Assembly: GCA_963712115.1 (NCBI GenBank) | Contig: CAVQGX010000006.1 | Coordinates: 21,662 to 85,661, forward strand | Direction of reading: 5' to 3' | DNA from: an uncultured delta proteobacterium | GTDB taxonomy: Bacteria > Desulfobacterota > Syntrophobacteria > BM002 | Length of the DNA: 64,000 nt | Shown here: piece by piece, positions 37,936 to 48,242 of the stretch | How positions within the stretch are numbered: the first letter of the stretch is position 1 | Layout of the letters: the number at the start of each line of letters is the position of its first letter | The notes under the pieces: generated by a model | Database searches by the model: none | What the model was told of the DNA's origin: nothing | The model's input: only the letters and a program-made list of their open reading frames with translations | Made by a program: the position numbers and the translations under genes

Positions 37936-38117
37936 ATTAGCGATTATTAGAATTCTCAGTCAAGAAAATTTTTAAACAAAATTTCAAATTTACTAAAAAT
38001 ATAGTAAAATTAAATATATATAAAATAACTATTTAATTCACTCCCATTATTATTTAAGTACATATCGTGAACCAATATTCCGACAAATCCCTGGTCTCGA
38101 TTCTTCGAGTACAATAG

Positions 38118-38330
38118 TTGTTGATCCCGTAAAAACCCACTAATGATACGGCACAGTAAAAAGCTCCAGATGCAAGGCGCGCGAAACTGGGAACCCGCCA
38201 CAAAGTGGTGGGACTGAGCGGAGCGCAGCGAGCGCGAATAATCTTTAGGAATGAGGCGTACTTACAGGTACGCCGCAATGACTAAAGATGAAGCGCAACA
38301 CAGCAGATGGACTTTTTACGAAGCCGTCAA
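38118..38330. mobile_element. MITE-like element, family D
   Basis: Arms ACGGCACAGTAAAAAGCTCC / GGACTTTTTACGAAGCCGT, extra partial left arm TTGATCCCGTAAAAA, central GGCGTAC-N6-GTACGCC. Confidence 0.72.
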
Positions 38331-38357
38331 TGGTTGGGAAGGATCTGAGAACCCCTT

Positions 38358-38373
38358 TGGCACTCTTCTTGCT
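38358..38373 (+). promoter_or_regulatory. Sigma54 promoter
   Basis: TGGCACTCTTCTTGCT. Confidence 0.75.
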
Positions 38374-38410
38374 CACCTAGCCCTACCAAGTAAACCCTCG
38401 GAGCACCAAG

Positions 38411-40912
38411 GTGGACGTAGTGGATACGGGGCAACTAACCCTCGAGAATGTGCCAGGTGGAAAAAGCGAAGAAGCTGTAGCCTCCTATTTAGCCAAGCTT
38501 TTCAAAAGTGTTTCTCGGGACAAGTTGGTTGGCTTGATCAGGAGAGCGCCTGTTGTCTTGAGCAGAAACGTGCCTGCCGCAACTGCCAGGAAGATTATCG
38601 CCGAACTGCAAAGGCTCGGTGCCACGGCAGTCTATGTTCCCAATGGTTCAGAACAAACCAGAACAACAGAGGAGAAAACATCTGGTGCAGATCTTGGCAT
38701 GCCAATTCTGCAAGCCTTCCAGGGTGATCTTCCTCGTGTACCGGTTTCCCCTTTGTACAATCTTGGTCTTACCCTGGTTGCTTTTGCCATGCTGCTTTTA
38801 CCGCTCATCTATCTGGGGCTAATCACCGGAGTTGTCTATCTCCTCTACTACCATGCCACGGAAAACATAGAGTTATTGCAGAGGCTCACTAGCGGTAGAG
38901 CTGCAATTTTTGTTTACCTGGCACCGATGGTGGTAGGAAGTTTGCTCGTGCTTTTTATGATAAAGCCGCTCTTTGTCCGGCGAGCTTGGTACATCAGGCC
39001 CAGCAAAATAGAACGGCAAGATGAACCCCTCCTCTTTGCCTTTGTGGAAAAGCTTTGCAATCGAGTGGGCGCACCCATGCCAAGTGAAATGCACCTGGAC
39101 ATTAACGTGAACGCCTCGGCCAGTTTCCGGCGGGGCCTTTTGAGTATTTTTGCTAATGACCTCGTCCTCACCATTGGCCTACCTTTGGCTGCAGGACTTA
39201 ACCTTCACCAGTTCGCCGGGATTCTGGCCCATGAGTTCGGCCATTTCGCCCAGGCCACCGGAATGCGGGTCACCTACATTATTCGCTCGATCAACTTTTG
39301 GTTCGAGCGAGTAGTTTATGAGGAAGACGAGTGGGATGAGCGCATCCGTCGCTGGAGCCGGAACTGGGATTTCCGCATTGGCATAATCCTGTTAATAGCC
39401 CGGCTCTTTATCTGGATTACTCGCAAGATCCTTTGGGTGCTAATGCTTTTCGGTCATGCCATCAGCAGTTTCATGCTTCGGCAGATGGAGTACGACGCGG
39501 ATCGATATGAAACCCATCTTGTGGGCTCGGAGGTCTTCGAATCCACTACCCAAAGAATGGTAGAGCTATCCCTGGCCCATGAGTGGGCCTTTCAGGATCT
39601 GGGAAACGCTTGGGAGGAAGGGCGCTTGGTTGACAACCTCCCAGCCCTGATCCTGGCCAATGAGAGACAAATACCCGAAGATGTCAGGCAGAAGGTCCTG
39701 AAAGCCCACCTGATAGATGCTCGCACCGGCCTTTTCCACACTCATCCTTGCGATCTAGACCGTATCACCAGCGCCCGAAAGCTCAAAGCCCAACCCTTAT
39801 TCAAACTGGATCTCTCCCATGGGAAAATTCAAAGTCATATAGAGCAGGCAAGAACAAGGTACACGGCAAAGGTTTTTACTTCTTCTCCCCCCGCCTCAAT
39901 CCTGTTTAAAGATTTTGGCGCTCGAGCCCACAGGGTTTCTCTGGATTATTACCGCGGTGTCTTCGGCAAAGAGGTCATGCCAAAAAATCTTGTAAGCGTG
40001 GAGGCCATGGTGAAAAGCCATGACCAGGAGTGGGAATATTCCAGAGCCCTGAACCGCTTTTCCCAGGGTCAGTTTACCGTGCTAAGACCAATAGGCCTGC
40101 CTCAAAATTGCCTCCAGGCCACGGTCGATTACAACAAGATTCCCCCAAAGCTCAAGTCTGCCCGAGAACTCATCATCAGTTCTGCAGGGGACTACGATCA
40201 GAGGCTCAAAAGATTCAACAGCCTGGAAATTCGTATAATGGAGGCTTTCCAGAATCGAGCCCTCTTGGACGGTGGCCTCCACCTATCCGCCGCCGAGGTT
40301 AAAGCCATGGAAAAAGTTTTTCAGGAGGTAGAGCAGGGACAACGTCTGGCCGTCATAGATGAACTCAATTCCTTTGAGAAGCTCCTGCGCGCTCGTATGA
40401 CAGGTGCTCTGCAGCTACTCAACGTCCAGAGCGTAGTTGCTAAGATTGACAATGGTGAAGACCCGAAACAGACAGCCGAAAGATTTATAAAAACTGCCCA
40501 TGCTGTGGAAAACCAACTCACGGCTGTAAGAGATCTTCAAATTGCCTATCAGCAGTTGGCTGTGCTGGTAAACCGCTTGGAAGGAGAAGAGAACAACGAA
40601 AAACTGGTGCGACAGGTGCGGTTAAAAATGGAGGATTTACGACAGATCCTTGCTCGTCTCAGAAGATTGCTCATGGATATAACCTACCCCTTCGAACACA
40701 CTCAAGCTCAGATGACCTTGGGTGAGTTCGCCATTACGAATGTGCCTGGCAAAGATGAGCTAGGACCACTTCTTGAAGTGGCCTATGAGGCGGTAGACAG
40801 GCTCTTCAGGGTTTACGTTCGCCTAGTTGGCAGGCTTGCCCACTTGGCAGAATTGGTGGAAAACGGACTAGGTCTCCCCCCCCTGCCAGAACCACCCCAA
40901 CAACACAACTAA
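38411..40912 (+). CDS. M48 (HtpX-like) membrane metallopeptidase with extra N- and C-terminal domains
   Basis: VNASA, LAHEFGHF, RQMEYDAD, THP. Confidence 0.88.
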   Translation: MDVVDTGQLTLENVPGGKSEEAVASYLAKLFKSVSRDKLVGLIRRAPVVLSRNVPAATARKIIAELQRLGATAVYVPNGSEQTRTTEEKTSGADLGMPILQAFQGDLPRVPVSPLYNLGLTLVAFAMLLLPLIYLGLITGVVYLLYYHATENIELLQRLTSGRAAIFVYLAPMVVGSLLVLFMIKPLFVRRAWYIRPSKIERQDEPLLFAFVEKLCNRVGAPMPSEMHLDINVNASASFRRGLLSIFANDLVLTIGLPLAAGLNLHQFAGILAHEFGHFAQATGMRVTYIIRSINFWFERVVYEEDEWDERIRRWSRNWDFRIGIILLIARLFIWITRKILWVLMLFGHAISSFMLRQMEYDADRYETHLVGSEVFESTTQRMVELSLAHEWAFQDLGNAWEEGRLVDNLPALILANERQIPEDVRQKVLKAHLIDARTGLFHTHPCDLDRITSARKLKAQPLFKLDLSHGKIQSHIEQARTRYTAKVFTSSPPASILFKDFGARAHRVSLDYYRGVFGKEVMPKNLVSVEAMVKSHDQEWEYSRALNRFSQGQFTVLRPIGLPQNCLQATVDYNKIPPKLKSARELIISSAGDYDQRLKRFNSLEIRIMEAFQNRALLDGGLHLSAAEVKAMEKVFQEVEQGQRLAVIDELNSFEKLLRARMTGALQLLNVQSVVAKIDNGEDPKQTAERFIKTAHAVENQLTAVRDLQIAYQQLAVLVNRLEGEENNEKLVRQVRLKMEDLRQILARLRRLLMDITYPFEHTQAQMTLGEFAITNVPGKDELGPLLEVAYEAVDRLFRVYVRLVGRLAHLAELVENGLGLPPLPEPPQQHN

Positions 40913-40942
40913 TCCAACAATATCAAAAATTTCCTAACATTT

Positions 40943-41011
40943 TTACCCACTGGTTACCGTGTAAAAAATGGGTAAATTTACCCACTTCTTACACGGTAAG
41001 TTTTGGGTAAA
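40943..41011. repeat. 69-bp palindrome, copy 2
   Basis: Dyad centred on TGGGTAAATTTACCCA. Confidence 0.85.
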
Positions 41012-41038
41012 GTTGGTTTCTCTACTATCCATCTAAAC

Positions 41039-41054
41039 TGGCACGGCTATTGCA
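41039..41054 (+). promoter_or_regulatory. Sigma54 promoter
   Basis: TGGCACGGCTATTGCA. Confidence 0.85.
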
Positions 41055-41101
41055 CTAATAGGTTTCGGCTTAAACCACCTTGAGAAAGGCACTAGGTTCC
41101 C

Positions 41102-43225
41102 ATGAAAAAGAGCCTAACTGATACAGACGTCTTTCTTCGCACCTCGCGAGCAGATGATCCCCACAGGGAGATCAAAGCCCAACTCGCCCAGTTTCTCCTC
41201 GCCCTTATTCAAGCCTTTCTCCGCACCGGTTACTACACTTCAGATCACCCTGAAGCGCAAAAAGCCAAGGTAGGACTGTACGAAGATTTTCAAGGTCTTT
41301 TCTCTCAAAGGGACGAGCTTACCTTCCTCATTCGCGAGGAACCCGAAGGGAAAAACATCTTAATCGAAGGGGTGTTGCCAGAGATCCAAGACCTCAATAG
41401 TCTCATGATAGAGGGGATGGCAGAGATGTATGTCCCCAGATTTGCCAAATTCCTTGAGCAGAAAGACCTTATCAGTTTGACTCTTAAAAACGCCATGACT
41501 CCGACGGAATTCACCAGTTTCGTTGACATCATGAGCGAACCGAGTTTTGTTGATACCAGAGGCAAGGGCGATAAAGAACGATTCAGCCGAACCGTACAAG
41601 AGAAAGAAATTGTTAACATCTCCTACATCTACAATGAAGAACTCGTCACCGTGCGGAACATCCCTTGGCGAGCTCAAATCGCCCTCACTCGTCTCAAGAA
41701 AGACTTCAGTATGGTCCCCTATTTCACCGACCTCGACCTTGAAGGGCTGAGGAAAGTCAGAAGGCAAATCATTCAGGACCTGATTCGACCTCTGCGAAAC
41801 GCTGAAGCTATCTATTATATTTTGACCAACAGTGATCTAGCCGTAACCGAGGAATTCAAGGAGGCCGAGATCGACCAAGAAATAATAGAGTGTCTTTCTG
41901 ATGATCTTCTCGCTCAGGCATCCCGGGCACTGCTCAAGGAGGCCTTCCGTCGGGGGGAGACAGAACCTGCACAAGGGAAGGCAGTAGAACTTGCCAAAGA
42001 CCTTGCCCATACCCTCAATCTAAGGAAAGTTGATGGCAGGGAGTCCATTCTGGAAGAGTACGTCAAGCACAAGCTCATTTCTGCTGATCAGTTGCCAGCG
42101 GAGATGCAGCATCAGATCAGGCTTGAGCAGCTAACCAAAAGAATTCTCCAGGACAGCAACTCTATTCTCGTCCAGCTAGACAAAATTCAGGACGAAGAAA
42201 AGTATCTGCGAGTGGCCCGAACTCTTGGGGCAATTATGCCTGAATTGACCCGAAGAGATCATTATGAGCCAATCCTCGAAATCATCAATTGTTTCGATCG
42301 ACACCTGAGTGAGAAAAAGGAGTTTTCCAACTGCGCCGCCCTAATTCTAGATGAAATCTGCAAGGGCGAAATTATTCTTGCACTGAAGAGCAAATTTCTA
42401 TTAGGCAGAAAAGAAACGTGCCAAGCCATTGCTCCCATCTTCCGTAAACTGGGCAGCAGAGCTTTACCTCAACTTGTCTCTATTCTGGTCAGAAGTCAGG
42501 ACCATTTCGTTCGCAAAAATGTCTGCGAGCTAGTAACCCAGATCGACCCCTCAGCCATCAACTTTATCCTTAGCAAACTAAACGAGAAAGGAAGCGAAAC
42601 TAGATCCATAATCGACATCCTCCGAATATTGGCAGAATTAGACTTGGACGGGGCAAAGCATCCCTTGGCCAATAGTGTCTTGTCCTTTCTAAATCATGAA
42701 AATCCCCACATCAGGGCGGAAGCTTTGAGAGTTTACTACAGAGTAAAAGGGGCAGAGGGTAAGGTACTGTATCTCGATCTCCTGAATGACAGTGATGTAA
42801 ATGTCCAGAAGGAGGCAATTGAATGTCTTGCCCGAGTCAAAAGTGGAACTGCCCTTGGTAAGTTTATGGAAATGTTAAAGAACTCCGATGATATTCCCTC
42901 GGACAAGCGAGTGCAGATTGAAGCCTGCCTGTACAGGTCCATGGGCTTTTATGGCAACCTTGAACGACCAGACATGGGAACCCTTGAAGACTTCCTTCTG
43001 GCAGCACTGGACAGCAAAGTGGGCTCAGGAACCCTTAGATGGACCACCATAAGAAAAAAGGCCATCCAACCGGAGGTAATAGCTGCAATCTGCGAGGCTT
43101 TAGGAAAAATCGGTACTCGCAGGTCTCGTGGAGTTCTGCAAAAACTCAAAAAACAAAAGGACACCCCCTGGCAAAACAAAGCCGAAGAAGCCCTGGCAAA
43201 AATAGCCGAAAGGGAAGTAGGCTGA
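41102..43225 (+). CDS. HEAT-repeat protein
   Basis: N-terminal YTSDHP; C-terminal repeats HENPHIRAEAL, DSDVNVQKEAI, ICEALGKIG. Confidence 0.82.
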   Translation: MKKSLTDTDVFLRTSRADDPHREIKAQLAQFLLALIQAFLRTGYYTSDHPEAQKAKVGLYEDFQGLFSQRDELTFLIREEPEGKNILIEGVLPEIQDLNSLMIEGMAEMYVPRFAKFLEQKDLISLTLKNAMTPTEFTSFVDIMSEPSFVDTRGKGDKERFSRTVQEKEIVNISYIYNEELVTVRNIPWRAQIALTRLKKDFSMVPYFTDLDLEGLRKVRRQIIQDLIRPLRNAEAIYYILTNSDLAVTEEFKEAEIDQEIIECLSDDLLAQASRALLKEAFRRGETEPAQGKAVELAKDLAHTLNLRKVDGRESILEEYVKHKLISADQLPAEMQHQIRLEQLTKRILQDSNSILVQLDKIQDEEKYLRVARTLGAIMPELTRRDHYEPILEIINCFDRHLSEKKEFSNCAALILDEICKGEIILALKSKFLLGRKETCQAIAPIFRKLGSRALPQLVSILVRSQDHFVRKNVCELVTQIDPSAINFILSKLNEKGSETRSIIDILRILAELDLDGAKHPLANSVLSFLNHENPHIRAEALRVYYRVKGAEGKVLYLDLLNDSDVNVQKEAIECLARVKSGTALGKFMEMLKNSDDIPSDKRVQIEACLYRSMGFYGNLERPDMGTLEDFLLAALDSKVGSGTLRWTTIRKKAIQPEVIAAICEALGKIGTRRSRGVLQKLKKQKDTPWQNKAEEALAKIAEREVG

Positions 43226-43230
43226 AGCGC

Positions 43231-43472
43231 AGATTTAGATTGCAGATTGTAGATTGCACAGAAACCACTAGGCACCATTCCAGTTCTGAGAGTCCCATTG
43301 CAGAGTTCTTATTTATCATTCGGACATTGTGGTAACTTGCCGTTTTCAAAAGAATGTGAGATGCAAAATGTCGAAATGCAAAATGATAAATTACTTCTGA
43401 CTTCTGTGTGCTGTCAGCTGCAAGCTGGCTCCTTGCTCTATGCCTTCCCAAATCCGCAATCCCTAAATCTCC
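43231..43472. repeat. Composite repeat cassette with arms shared with 53250-53435
   Basis: GAAACCACTAGGCAC (43261) and CTATGCCTTCCCAAATCCGCAATC (43438), inside AGATTGC / GCAATC heptamers. Confidence 0.8.
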
Positions 43473-43574
43473 ACCCACCTCCACTCAGACCACCGACGAA
43501 AAGCTTGCCCTTTTGCCCCCTTTGGTGTTATAGAAACAGGCTTAGCCCTTTCAGCCGTAAAGTTAGGAAGATTC

Positions 43575-45005
43575 ATGGAATACGAAGCAGTTATCGGCCT
43601 GGAAGTCCATGCCCAACTTCTCACCGAAAGCAAGATTTTTTGCGGTTGCTCCACCAAGTTTGGTGCAGCCCCGAATACCCACACCTGCCCCGTTTGTCTC
43701 GGCATGCCCGGAGTGCTTCCGGTCCTCAACCGCAAGGTAGTGGAATTCACCATCCGGTTGGCTCTGGCTACCAACTGTAAGATAGCCAGCACGAGTAGGT
43801 TCGCCCGAAAAAACTATTTCTATCCTGACCTGCCTAAAGGTTACCAGATCTCTCAGTACGAACTGCCTGTAGCCCACCAGGGCTGGATAGATATAGAGGT
43901 CAATGGTGCGAGCAAACGAATTGGCATTACTCGCATTCATCTCGAGGAGGACGCGGGCAAGCTGATCCACGATGAGACCCAGCCACTCAGCTATGTGGAC
44001 TTTAACCGCACTGGCGTGCCACTTGTTGAAATAGTTTCTGAGCCGGATCTCAGGACCCCAGAGGAGGCATCCACCTTTTTGAAAAAACTACGGGATATTG
44101 TCCGTTATTTGGACATATGTGACGGCAACATGGAGGAAGGGAGCTTGCGCTGCGACGCCAACATCTCCTTGCGACCTGCGGGGTCGGAAGGTTTTGGCGT
44201 CAAGACCGAAGTGAAAAACATGAACTCTTTCCGCTTCGTCCAGAGGGCCCTCGAGTACGAAATTAAACGGCAGCGGGCAATACTCGAACAAGGGGGCACC
44301 ATTGTCCAGGAAACCCGCTTGTGGGACAGTGACGCAGGGGTAACCCACGGTATGCGCGGCAAGGAGGAAGCCCATGACTACCGCTACTTCCCGGATCCGG
44401 ATCTGGTGCCGGTGGTGGTAGATGAGGAGTGGATAGAGAAGGTCCTTTCAGAGCTGCCTGAACTACCCGACGCTAAAAAAGCTCGGTTCATAATAGACTA
44501 TAACTTGCCGGAGCAAGATGCAATTGTGCTGACTGGCAGCAAGGAACTGGCAACTTATTATGAGGCTTGTGTGGGCCGGTTTCCTCAGCCAAAAAAGGTT
44601 AGCAATTGGATCATGGTGGAACTGCTCAGGGAGTTGAACAAAGACGAGCGAGAAATTGACCAATGCCCAGTGAAACCGGAGGACCTTGCCCATCTCCTTA
44701 AGCTAATAGATGATGGCATTATCAGTGGAAAAATTGCCAAGATCGTTTTCGAAGAGATGTACGCCACTGGTAAAACCCCAGAGTTGATTGTTGAGGAAAA
44801 AGGGTTGAAACAGGTCACGGATGAGGGCGAAATCGCCGATGTTATTGAAACCGTACTGGCTGCTCATCCCAGTCAAGTCAAAGATTACCGCATGGGGAAA
44901 GAAAAACTTCTGGGGTTCTTCGTCGGCCAGGTTATGAAGCAGACTCGAGGCAAGGCCAATCCCGAGTTGGTCAACAATATCCTCAGGGAGAAATTGGGAC
45001 AGTAA
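43575..45005 (+). CDS. gatB: Asp/Glu-tRNA amidotransferase subunit B
   Basis: [39 protein letters not shown]. Confidence 0.98.
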   Translation: MEYEAVIGLEVHAQLLTESKIFCGCSTKFGAAPNTHTCPVCLGMPGVLPVLNRKVVEFTIRLALATNCKIASTSRFARKNYFYPDLPKGYQISQYELPVAHQGWIDIEVNGASKRIGITRIHLEEDAGKLIHDETQPLSYVDFNRTGVPLVEIVSEPDLRTPEEASTFLKKLRDIVRYLDICDGNMEEGSLRCDANISLRPAGSEGFGVKTEVKNMNSFRFVQRALEYEIKRQRAILEQGGTIVQETRLWDSDAGVTHGMRGKEEAHDYRYFPDPDLVPVVVDEEWIEKVLSELPELPDAKKARFIIDYNLPEQDAIVLTGSKELATYYEACVGRFPQPKKVSNWIMVELLRELNKDEREIDQCPVKPEDLAHLLKLIDDGIISGKIAKIVFEEMYATGKTPELIVEEKGLKQVTDEGEIADVIETVLAAHPSQVKDYRMGKEKLLGFFVGQVMKQTRGKANPELVNNILREKLGQ

Positions 45006-45008
45006 TCT

Positions 45009-46052
45009 ATGGTACCTACTATCACCTGGCAAGATAATTATGTAGTAATGATAGACCAGCGTAAACTGCCTTTTAAGGAAAGCTACGTGGTGTGTAAAAC
45101 TGCTGCCCAGGTGGTCGACGCCATTCGCAAGATGGTGATCCGCGGTGCCCCTGCCATTGGGGTGGCCGCAGCCATGGGTCTCGCCCTGGGTGCAAGCAGG
45201 ATCAAATCCGGAAACCGTTCTACTTTTGAGCGTCACTTCTCGCGTATTTGTGAGCAAATGGCCAGAGCCAGGCCCACGGCGAGCAATCTCTTCTGGGCCA
45301 TCCAGTCCATGCAGGAGGTGCTGAAACAACACCCTAAAGCGGGAGTTACGGAACTTAAAGATCTTTTACGGAGGAAGGCGGATGAACTCTTTGCCGCAGA
45401 TCAGGCCATTAATCGAGCAATTGGTTTCAATGGTCAGACAGTCGTGCCAGACGGGGCAACAGTTCTCACCCACTGCAATGCTGGAGCCCTGGCCACTGCT
45501 GGGTATGGCACCGCCCTCGGGGTAGTGCGGGCTGCCTGGGAGGCAGGGAAGAATATTCGGGTCCTCGCTGATGAAACCCGGCCTTTCTTACAGGGCAGCA
45601 GGTTAACAGCCTGGGAACTGCAGCAGGACAACATTCCCGTCACCCTGATTACCGACAGCATGGCTGGTTATCTCATGAGTAAGGGGAGGGTTCAGCTAAT
45701 TGTTGTAGGTGCCGACAGGGTAGCAGCCAATGGAGACGTTGCCAACAAAATAGGCACTTATTCTCTCGCCGTCCTGGCTAAGGAAAACAAGGTGCCATTT
45801 TATGTTGCCGCACCCCTGTCGACCGTGGATCTGCTTGTTCCCACAGGGGAGGAAATCCCTATCGAGGAAAGGGACCCTAAAGAGGTGACCCACAGTTTTG
45901 GTCAGGCCATAGCCCCGGCCGGGGTCGCCGCCTGGAACCCGGCCTTCGACGTGACTCCCAGCCGTTTTATAGAGGGAATCATCACTGAAAAAGGTATCGC
46001 CCGCAAGCCTTATAAAAAGGCTCTCAGAGCCCTGAAGGAAGAGAACGCATAA
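45009..46052 (+). CDS. mtnA: S-methyl-5-thioribose-1-phosphate isomerase
   Basis: [41 protein letters not shown]. Confidence 0.96.
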   Translation: MVPTITWQDNYVVMIDQRKLPFKESYVVCKTAAQVVDAIRKMVIRGAPAIGVAAAMGLALGASRIKSGNRSTFERHFSRICEQMARARPTASNLFWAIQSMQEVLKQHPKAGVTELKDLLRRKADELFAADQAINRAIGFNGQTVVPDGATVLTHCNAGALATAGYGTALGVVRAAWEAGKNIRVLADETRPFLQGSRLTAWELQQDNIPVTLITDSMAGYLMSKGRVQLIVVGADRVAANGDVANKIGTYSLAVLAKENKVPFYVAAPLSTVDLLVPTGEEIPIEERDPKEVTHSFGQAIAPAGVAAWNPAFDVTPSRFIEGIITEKGIARKPYKKALRALKEENA

Positions 46053-46067
46053 CGCGTTCTCTTCCTT

Positions 46068-46198
46068 CACTAGGCACTAAGCACTAGGGACTATGCACTA
46101 CTGAGAAGCCTTACGTTACAGGCAACGGGGATTCCTCGGTATCCTAATAGTTTTTTAAGAGAACTCGGTGCCTAGTGCCTACTGCCTAGTGCTTAGTT
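46068..46198. repeat. Inverted CACTAGG / CCTAGTG heptamer arrays
   Basis: CACTAGG CACTAAG CACTAGG GACTATG CACTA ... GTG CCTAGTG CCTACTG CCTAGTG CTTAGT. Confidence 0.8.
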
Positions 46199-46223
46199 AC
46201 GCGAAAAGAAGGGAGTGGAAACC

Positions 46224-47141
46224 ATGGTGGAGAAGGCTAAGAAGATCTGGATTGATGGTAAGTTTGTTGACTGGGATGATGCCAACGTTCACATCCTCAC
46301 TCACACCCTGCACTATGGCCTGGGGATCTTCGAAGGCATTCGCTGTTATGAATGCGAAGACGGACGTTCCGCAGTATTTCGCCTTCCAGAGCACGTTGAG
46401 CGGTTTTTTCACTCTGCTCATTCCATGTTCATGAAGATCCCATTCAGCCAGAAAGAAATCAGCCAGGCTATTCTGGACACCCTTAGAACCAATGAGCAAA
46501 AAGCCGCTTACATCAGGCCCCTTGCCTTTATCGGAGAGGGGGCCATGGGTCTTCATCCTCAAAACAACCCAGTACGGGTTTCTATCATTACCTGGCCCTG
46601 GGGCGCTTACCTGGGCGAGGAAGGGCTCACCAAAGGGATTCGGGCCAAGGTTTCATCTTTCACCCGGCACCACCCCAACATATTGATGACCAAGACCAAA
46701 ACTTGTGGCAACTACGTAAACTCCATCCTGGCCAAGCTCGAAGTCACCAAGGACGGCTATGATGAGGCAATTATGCTCGATCCAGATGGCTATGTTGGTG
46801 AGGGTACAGGAGAGAACATCTTCATCGCTCGCAGGGGCGTGCTCAGAACGCCACCGCTCACTTCCATCCTACCGGGAATCACCCGGAATTGTGTCATTAC
46901 CCTGGCCCGCGATCTAGGCTTCGCTGTGCTAGAGGAGAGGTTTTCCCGAGACGATCTCTACGTTGCCGACGAGGCATTCTTCACCGGAACCGCAGCAGAA
47001 ATCACCCCTATCCGGGAGGTAGACCAGAGAACCATTGGAGAGGGGCTTCCAGGGCCTCTAACCAAAAAACTGCAGGACACCTACTTCCAAGTGGTTAGGG
47101 GTAGTAAGGCGGAGTATGGCCACTGGTTAGCGTACGTTTAG
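46224..47141 (+). CDS. ilvE: Branched-chain amino acid aminotransferase
   Basis: [44 protein letters not shown]. Confidence 0.96.
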   Translation: MVEKAKKIWIDGKFVDWDDANVHILTHTLHYGLGIFEGIRCYECEDGRSAVFRLPEHVERFFHSAHSMFMKIPFSQKEISQAILDTLRTNEQKAAYIRPLAFIGEGAMGLHPQNNPVRVSIITWPWGAYLGEEGLTKGIRAKVSSFTRHHPNILMTKTKTCGNYVNSILAKLEVTKDGYDEAIMLDPDGYVGEGTGENIFIARRGVLRTPPLTSILPGITRNCVITLARDLGFAVLEERFSRDDLYVADEAFFTGTAAEITPIREVDQRTIGEGLPGPLTKKLQDTYFQVVRGSKAEYGHWLAYV

Positions 47142-47183
47142 AGGTTTGGCGGCTACCGAGACCCGCCCTAGGTTGCTTCAACA

Positions 47184-47340
47184 ATGTGAGATTTGGGATT
47201 CGGCATAGGGCATAGAGCATGGGGCATAGGGTAAGGAGTCAGGAGTCAGAATCCAGAATTCAGGTTTCAGCTTTTGTGTTTCTCTTCTTTGACACCTGAC
47301 ACCTTGAGATTTGGTGCTTGGGATGTGGGATGTGAGATAT
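47184..47340. repeat. Mosaic of heptamer arrays
   Basis: GGCATAG, AGGAGTC, CAGGTTT / GACACCT and GGATGTG runs; 47260-47305 is the reverse complement of the 51464-51510 module. Confidence 0.8.
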
Positions 47341-47375
47341 ATATCTAGAGAGAAGCATAGAGTCGGAGAGCCAGC

Positions 47376-47732
47376 GTGGACATTGAGGACTTATACGAAC
47401 TGATTCCAGATTTAATCTGCAGCGAAGACTGCTACGAATGTTGCAAGAATTTCGGTGTGCCTTCCAGAACCAAGGTAGAGGACGAACGGCTCAAGAAGTT
47501 CCTGGACGATAACGGTATGCAGCCTGGGGAGGCTCGCGGTCACACCTGCCCATACCTGGATGAAACCTTACCAGAAGGGGGGTGTTCCATTTACCCTGTC
47601 AGGCCATTAATATGTCGCCTATACGGCACATCTCCCAGCTACCTTTGCAAAATGGGGATCAGGCCGGTGAGGCTTCTGGAGGAAGATGAAGAGGAGGAAA
47701 TCTTTTATCTCTACCAGAAGAATTTTTTCTAA
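47376..47732 (+). CDS. YkgJ family cysteine-cluster protein
   Basis: CSEDCYECC, CPYL, CSIYPVRPLICRLYG. Confidence 0.88.
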   Translation: MDIEDLYELIPDLICSEDCYECCKNFGVPSRTKVEDERLKKFLDDNGMQPGEARGHTCPYLDETLPEGGCSIYPVRPLICRLYGTSPSYLCKMGIRPVRLLEEDEEEEIFYLYQKNFF

Positions 47733-47872
47733 TTAGTGCTCATCCAAAAACGGCCGTTTTCAGATGAACGCGATCAGCTATCAGCAAAGTACATGTAAAC
47801 ACAACATATCAAACTGACAGCTGAATGCTGACAGCTTCATCCGGGAATCTCGTGCCGGATGGACACTAATTA
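47730..47872. mobile_element. MITE-like element, family E
   Basis: TAATTAGTGCTCATCC / GGATGGACACTAATTA (14/16) enclosing TCAGC / GCTGA heptamers. Confidence 0.65.
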
Positions 47873-48064
47873 TTCAAGCCTGTAGTGAGGCTCGTCTCCT
47901 GCCTTTCCCACCAAAGCAAGCTGCCCCCCACATTGCTCGCACACATGGAGACTGCTCAACATCTTCACCTCGGTGTTGGCAGGATCTTCCAGAGATATTA
48001 AATCGGCAGGAATGTAGATGGACACTCCACACTGCTGGCACATGCATTCCATCTCTTCACTCAT
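47870..48064 (-). CDS. Small zinc-ribbon protein
   Basis: GAGGTG RBS; CQQC...CEQC; 64 aa. Confidence 0.7.
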   Translation of the reverse strand: MSEEMECMCQQCGVSIYIPADLISLEDPANTEVKMLSSLHVCEQCGGQLALVGKAGDEPHYRLE

Positions 48065-48242
48065 AAAATCACCTCTCGCAAAAACCAACTGTAATCCAAG
48101 CTTTAGCCACCGAGGAAAATACCCGGAAAAATTAGTCCTGGCAAGAGAAAGGTGATTTATTGTGGCTAGGGTCCTCAAGGATAATTATATTTTTAAACTA
48201 ACGACTGACTAAGTAAAAAAACATATTCGATTGGAGGGCTTT

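Noticed and set aside
43575-45005. gatB without gatC/gatA as an anomaly
   Set aside because: Split gat loci are common; the partners are presumably outside the window.
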